Source of the DNA: Octopus vulgaris | Lineage: Eukaryota | Length of the DNA stretch: 64,000 nt | NCBI GenBank assembly: GCA_951406725.2 | Contig: OX597830.1 | Span: forward strand, 57,350,001-57,414,000 | Direction: 5' to 3' | Shown here: positions 57,130 to 64,000 of the stretch, in pieces | Numbering within the stretch: the stretch's first letter is position 1 | How the letters are laid out: every line of letters starts with the position of its first letter | Notes under the pieces: model-generated | Database searches by the model: none | What the model was told of the DNA's origin: nothing | What the model saw: the letters and a program-made list of their open reading frames with translations, nothing else | Program-made: the position numbers and the translations under genes

Positions 57130-57331
57130 TAGTTCTAATGTTTAAGAGATGAGGAATTATGTACATTATTTACATTTGACGGATATTTGTCCTCACCTTG
57201 TTTGTTGTTAACACAACGTTTCGGCTGATATACCCTCCAGCCTTCATCAGGTGTCTTGGGGAAATTTTGAACCTGGATTCTCATTCCTACGGTATTTTTT
57301 CAATGCCGTTGTTGTTTTGTTGGTATTATTA

Positions 57332-57367
<36 letters not shown>

Positions 57368-57423
57368 TCACTGCCTGGAATCGAACTCAGAATCTTGGGG
57401 TTAGTAGCAGGCGCTCTTAACCA
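57130..57423 (-). mobile_element. tRNA-headed SINE carrying a hammerhead ribozyme
   Basis: Head tggttaagagcgcctgctactaac...gagttcgattcc (tRNA-Thr-like, B box 57377-57388), then (AAT)n spacer, HHR and 3' tail. Confidence 0.75.
57210..57255 (-). ncRNA. Minimal type I hammerhead ribozyme motif
   Basis: gacac-CUGAUGA-a-ggcug-gaggguauau-cagcc-GAAA-c-GUU-guguu. Helix I 5 bp, helix II 5 bp, palindromic AACGUU helix III. Confidence 0.8.
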
Positions 57424-60400
57424 AACTGGCCAAACCTGGCCTCTCACACCTACACTACAATGTCCTTCTAAAAATAAACAATTGCATCATCAAAATCTCC
57501 AAGCTATGAGATAATCCAGGATTATTTCTAAACAATTTGAATAAATAAGCTACGCATTCGACAAAGGAATCTGAATGCTAAACAGTTAATGCAGAAAAGT
57601 CGTAAAACAAGACAGAAATGGTTGTAAGAGAAAACTTAAAATCATGACAATAGGGCCAATAGGGCCAGCAGCTTCTCCTCGCTGTTATAATACTACATAT
57701 AAGAGATGTCTACAAACTGGATACCAACCCTACTGGCTCACCTCTTCATCCTTTTATAAGGTCTGACAACTAAATCAACACATTAATAAGTCTCTAGAAA
57801 AAGACACAATGCTATGCTTCTAACATCAGAGGTACTTCAACAATTGCATTCTAACTTTGTAGTCCAAAACTAATTTACATGGCCCAGGGGGTACACTACT
57901 GAATTAACAAGCATTCTGTTGTCTTATTTGATTTATTCTATGCTGAGCTTGCAATGTAAACCACTTGCATTAGCTTGCTTCACCTAGCTGTCAGTAATAG
58001 GAATACTACCTGCAATTGACTAGCATCCTAACCAGTGAGAGATTTTATATCTCATTTACTTAACACAATCTAAATCAAAGTTAAACACCATCTCTTAAAT
58101 CCACTTTGGGTTTTAAACAATATTTACATTTATTTTATTATTAGTATTTCCTTCTTTTTTTTTTTTCATTTGGCCATCCATCTCACCACTGTTCTTTATT
58201 ACAGCTCAAACACAGAAAGAAAAAAAAATTTTTTTTTTTTCTATTCAGCAAGTGTGGGAGGTGAGTGGGTTAGCTAATCAACGCGATTTACATTAGTGTT
58301 CTGGAGAGAATTGGCATAGCAGATTAACAAGACATGCACAAGTACTTATGAAAACACACCCATACAGCATATAGATATGTAAGTCACTAGGTTACAGCAA
58401 AATACGAGCTGAAGTGAGGGTGGTGGCAGTGGTGAAGGGCAGAGGTGAGAGGGGATTAATAACATATTTAGATATCAAAAAGAAACAGAGAGTGAAAAAA
58501 AAAAACAACACAAATACACACACATACACACAGCAAATAAAACAAAGCAATCTTGTATTACAACAGTTTCTCCTTGAGCTCTAACACAAACACACACACA
58601 GATATACATAAAGATCAATCATCATTGTTTAACATCAACTTTTCCATGCTTTCATAGGTCAGTTGGAATACAGAGAGGCAGATTTTCTATGGCCAGATGC
58701 CTTTGCTGTCACCAACCTTTACCTACCTGTTTCCTCTTGGGAGGATGGGTTCTCGACAAAGACTGGAAACAAAGGACACCTCTTTTATGATGGTGTCACT
58801 CACAACTATCACGCAATGTCAAAAAAAGAAAGCATCCATATACATCCACACACACAAACACAGATGCACAATAGGCTTCTTTCAGTTTCTATCAATCAAA
58901 TCCACTTAGAAATGGCTCTGGTTAGTCCAGGGCTACACACACATGTGTGTGTATGGCCTTGGTCTGACCACATGTGTGTGTATGGCCTTGGTCTGACCAC
59001 ATGTGTGCCTGCATGTAAATAGTCATACACCATTATATAAAAGTATATGTCTCAGCTAACCATGGCTTCTTGACTCTTGGTGGAATTCTAGGTCTGTCAT
59101 CATGACATTTGGCATATCTTTAGCATTTTATGGACCTAGGAGGGCCCATTACACTCCAGGTCTGACTACAGCTGACTTCTTCCAGTAAGAGACAGAGTGA
59201 AATCAAGAGAGGAATTAACTCCAGTATATGACTGGTACCAAGAAGGATTTAAAACTAAAGAAGACCTCTCTAGGATTTGAACTTAAAACACAAAAAGCTA
59301 CAATAATTACTACAAAGCAATCTATCTGATGCCCTAATGATTCTTCCAACTTGTGTTACATATGTAAATATCACAGTGCATGCACACACACACACACACA
59401 CACACACAAACACTGTTACATATGCACCATGAAAATAACCACACACAGTGTTTATACAATATACACACTTAAATGATGTTCTCATATATATTAAAGCAAT
59501 TATTCACAATCCTGGATGATTTGTTATCAGCAAGCACTATGCCATTCACAATTTTTTTTTTTTTAAATGTCCATAGAATCACAAATAGCTAGAGACATAT
59601 TCTTGAGCCTTCTGTTGTAACTGTATTGCAATTTGGGCTTTGAGTATCAGAGGATTAAAATATAACCCACTGAGTCCCAGCAAGAAGAAAGAACTTGTCT
59701 TACTTGGAGAAAACTGTCGGCAAGCAATCAGCAAAACAAACTACCAGACATTAAAACCTGAACAAGAACGCACACACATAGAAGAGAGGCTGATGTAGAA
59801 GGATGCGATGGGTTGGATGCCACATTCACATGCTAAAAGACTATTGGTCCCTAACACCACCACCACCCATGCTTGACCCAGCAGAATATCCAAGACACAA
59901 CAGCTGGATTGAGAGAGGGTTGAATCCCAATGACTGCTATTTAACTTTATCAAACCCCCACCGGAAGAAAAACGAACTAGACAGCAACAAGATTGGAACT
60001 CAGAATGTAACAAATTAGAATATCAAAATCCTGCAAAGCATTTTATCCATTATTCTTGTGATTCTGGGAAATCACTATTCAATATCACAAGTACACACAC
60101 ACACACAACAAACATATAGATCTACAGATACATATGCAGAGAAACCTACTAGTACAGACATATATACATATGTATACACACAATATATAAGTGTGTACAA
60201 ATATATACATGTATATACACTCTAACATCATCATATATCCATGAACATACATACGAGCATGATACGTGTAGAATTAGAAATACATACATACATACATACA
60301 TGTGTGTGTGTGTGTGCATGCATGCATTTGGATACATTAATAGACAGAGTGGAACCAAACTCGCATCCATTCTTAATGGTATTTAGCCATTGTTGTGAAC

Positions 60401-62687
60401 CATAAAGCAAAAAAAATCTAATTAATTAATTATCTCAAAACCATTGGTGTATTCAAACTAAAACATCCATCTGCAGACTTAAGAACTTCATCACTGGTAA
60501 ATAGAGCAGCATTAAGCTCCAATCGACAATATTTATATGAAGAATATGTATTTGTATATTTGTTCGTATGTTTAAGAATTATGTAGCACCTTGGGCAAGT
60601 GTTTTCATCCGCAAACTTAAGTTGAACCAATTTTTTATAAGTACAACAGGGTAGAGGAAAACCTATATAAAATACCATCAGATGGACTGTATTTGTGATT
60701 TGGAAGGTCCAGGCTTGCCACACACATAGAGCTGCTCAGGCTAATATATATATATGAGGTGGGTATTGCAGTTGGGAACTTGAAGTGTAATAGAGAGACA
60801 GAGAATAGGTGTCTTGCACATGGCTACTCCAGCCGGAAAACAAGGAGAGAAAAGATAGGGTTTGGGAGAAAGAGATAGTGGTGGAGATGTGTCATCCTCA
60901 TTGTACCCTAAAGGTAGGGTGAATATAAGTGGGTTGGGAGATTGAATAGGGTGAGAGGGAAATGTAACAAGAAAGTGTGAGGGGGAGATGGTCAGAGATG
61001 GGAAAGAGGTGACAGTAGCAAACTATGGTGAGAAATATAGGAGTAGTTCAGTGGGGGAGGTGGAGGCTATGGTGGATATGTGAGGGCATTGAGGGTGGTT
61101 GAAGGATAAGAGAGGTGTTAAGGATGGAGCATAAGAGAGGAGAGAAAGAGAGAGCAATGGCTGAAGGCCCAGAAAGGAGTTGATTGGTGGGCAGGGAAGA
61201 TAATGAGAGATGAGAATGGTTCTAGGGGCAGACAGAAAGGCAACCAAAAGGGAGGGGATGTGGTACATGCCTATTCTACTCTCAGGTGATTGCAGCAACA
61301 GAGTAGTGCCATAGACAGAAAAGAGTCACAGGGGGTGAGATGTGGAGGGAAGTACTTGGCAGAGCAGAGAGAGTAGAGGGGAAATAGGGTCTCACACACA
61401 CACACACACGACAGTTTCTCCCTCCTAAATCCAATCACAAGCACAGTGCTAAAGTAGAAGATATTTGCCCAAGATGCGATGCAGTGGGATTGAACCCAGG
61501 ACTATATGACTGTGAACTGAGCTTCTTGACCACATAGCCAAGTATGTGCCTGACCATGAAGAAATACTACCTTCCTTAGAAACAAGGGTTGGCAACAGGA
61601 AAGGTATCCAGCTGTAGAAAATCTGTCTCAATAATCTCTGTCCAAACCATGCAAGCATGGAAAATGGACATCAAAATGATGATCACACACACACACACAC
61701 ACATATCAGTAGTGTTATTTCATAGTACAAAAAGAAAAAAAATACACTTAGTACACGACTATGTTAGAAGTGTGTACAGAATTTGATATATGTTTGTTAA
61801 AGCTAAGTAACCAAGATTAGATATCCAGACTTGAGATTATTTCATCCATTCAGTCTTTGATGTGGATCAATGAATACAGATATTCAGATGTTTTATAGAT
61901 GTTAACATCACCAAAAGCCCACCAGATGCTAATGACTGACTACCCCCACCTCACAGACTCCATTATTTGTTGGAATATAATTACCTTATACATTATGCTG
62001 GGGTTAATTACCTTATACATTATGATGATGATGATGATTATTGTGGGGGGGGGGGGGTTAAACAACCAAAGCCCCTCCACCAACATATGCATCATTGGAC
62101 TCATAACTGTGTGGCAGGCAATGCTCTCTGCAGGTGGATGAAGATACATGAAGGCTTAGATGTATGTGTTTGTCTCTTTGACTTGACATCAAATGATTGT
62201 AGTAAAAGAATGGAAATCATTCATTTCCGATATTTTGCATAAACATGTCTGGTTATGGAGAAATATTAGCTTGCTTGGAACCAGGTAAGGGTTGGCAACA
62301 GGAAGGGCATCTGGCTGTAAAAAATTTGCTTCAATAAACCCCATCCAATATGGACAGTTAAAAAATTATGATGATGATGATGATGGTATACACATACACA
62401 ACCTGGAATCCACATTCCTACCCTGCATTATGGAAGCAATACTTTCCTGAAAAACTTGCCTTAGCATCAAATTTCATAACATGAAATTAATTTTACTGTT
62501 GATTTTTCATGTTATAAACTGACAAACTGATGTTACTCCATGTTTGTGGCACATCGTTTCTTTGGACAGCCAAGTATAGGAACTGAACTCATTATAAATT
62601 GTTCTTGTAATTTTTATGTTACGTTCACCAGCAGGTCGTTATCACTAAAAACTTAAAGACCTTTCCCTATGTGCCAAACGTTATCTT

Positions 62688-63295
62688 CATCATCATCATA
62701 ATCATCGTTTAATGTCTGCTTTCCATGCTGGCATGGGTTGGACGATTTGACTGAGGGCTGGTGAGCCAGAAGGTTGCACCAGTCTCCAATCTGATCTGGC
62801 AAAGTTTCTGCAGCTGGATGCCCTTCCTAATGCCAACCACTCTGAGAGTGTAGTAGGTGCCACCAGCATGAGGGCAGTCAGGCAGTACTGGTATTGGCCA
62901 CACTCAAATGGTGCTTTTAACATGCCACCTGCACAGGAGTCAGTCCAACGGCACTGGCAACGACCACGCTTGAATGGTGCTTTTTTTACATGCCACTGGC
63001 ACTGGAGGCAGTCAGCAGTCCTGCCAAGGATCACACTCAAATGGTGCTTTTAATGTTCCACTGGCATGGGTGCCAATCAGGCAGTATTGTCATCGACCAC
63101 AACAGCGATTTCACTTGCCTCAACAGGTCTTTACAAGCATAGTTTATTGTCCAATGATTGAAGGGTACTCTTAAATGGGCTGGTTATACAGCACTGGCAT
63201 AGGCCACAGGTTATGGTCTCACTTGGCTTGCCAAGTCTTCTGAAGCACATATCTCCAAAGGTCTCAGTCACTTGTTATTGCCTCAGTGAAGCCCA
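62688..63295 (-). mobile_element. RTE-clade LINE 3' fragment
   Basis: Paralogous to 34550-35150, including the ORF end and the (GAT)n tail. Confidence 0.82.
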
Positions 63296-63299
63296 AATA

Positions 63300-64000
63300 T
63301 TCTTTATTGTGTTGAAAAAATTTCTGTATTCTCAATTATATTCTCGTTTGAACAGCATTATCTCATTAGATAAATGTTCTCTATGAGGATACTAGCAACT
63401 CAACCACATCATACTCAATGACTTCTTCAAACCCAACACCCTTTGCAAGTGTCACAATATCTTTCTGAATTTCTGTTTGAGGAAAACTTGTCATGTCAGA
63501 GATACAGTCTGGCCAAATATGGTTTCAAGCACCATTCAAAGTTAAAGGTTTCACTTCATTTCATGACTCGGCTATATTATCCACACCATTTATTGTGTTG
63601 AACTTCTTCCAGAAGTCTCTAACAATTGCCTTCATTAGCTGTTTAATTGTTCTTCTCAGATAATATGCATTGAAGTTAACTATCACCCCTCGATCCATTG
63701 GCTGAAGCAAAGAAGTTGTATTCTTGGGGATATACATTCTACTCTCACATAACCAGAAAGTTAATCTAAGTTCACTGGGTGGTTTGGTGGGTTGTCTAAA
63801 AGGAGCCATTCTTTGTTGGAAATATGCCTGGACAAATTATGTTTGTACAGCACTTTTTAGAAAAGCTCTTTCCTACCCATTCTTTCTTATTTGAAGAGCA
63901 GCACAGACATAAATTTATTTTTGTATAACCCTTGAAATCCCTTGGATTTTTGGAGTGACACATTAGTAGGAGTTTTTATTTTATATCACCAGCAGCATTT
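63300..64000 (-). pseudogene. pogo/Tigger-family transposase fragment (DDE_1)
   Basis: NAAGD.K.K....HSKNPR.FKG and IPKNTTSLLQPMDRGVIVNFNAYYLRRT...FWKKFN motifs. Runs off the window end. Confidence 0.88.

Larger units (their letters stand above)
57083..57585. mobile_element. piggyBac-type TTAA MITE interrupted by the hammerhead SINE
   Basis: TTAA-flanked ends; the MITE sequence resumes at about 57423. Confidence 0.8.

Noticed and set aside
57370-57423. tRNA gene
   Set aside because: 5'-truncated, no complete cloverleaf and fused to a repeat body; it is a SINE head.

Overview
AT-rich, repeat-saturated animal DNA with no confidently identifiable intact host gene. The repeat families resemble those I recall from Octopus/cephalopod genomes (inference, not verified). 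Contents: a decayed full-length mariner with a nested non-autonomous Helitron; fragments of Tx1/L1-, CR1-, RTE-, Dong/R4- and Penelope-type retroelements; a pogo/Tigger fragment; TTAA-specific piggyBac-type MITEs; several tRNA-derived SINE families; and very long microsatellites, which generate nearly all long ORFs in the track. The most interesting signal is RNA-level: five unrelated minimal type I hammerhead ribozyme (HHR) motifs of the Penelope type, each with helix III reduced to a short palindrome. One has a covaried G3-C8 core (GUGAACA). One sits inside a tRNA-headed, Pol III-type SINE. One lies just downstream of a decayed Penelope RT. All structures were parsed by eye and activity is untested.
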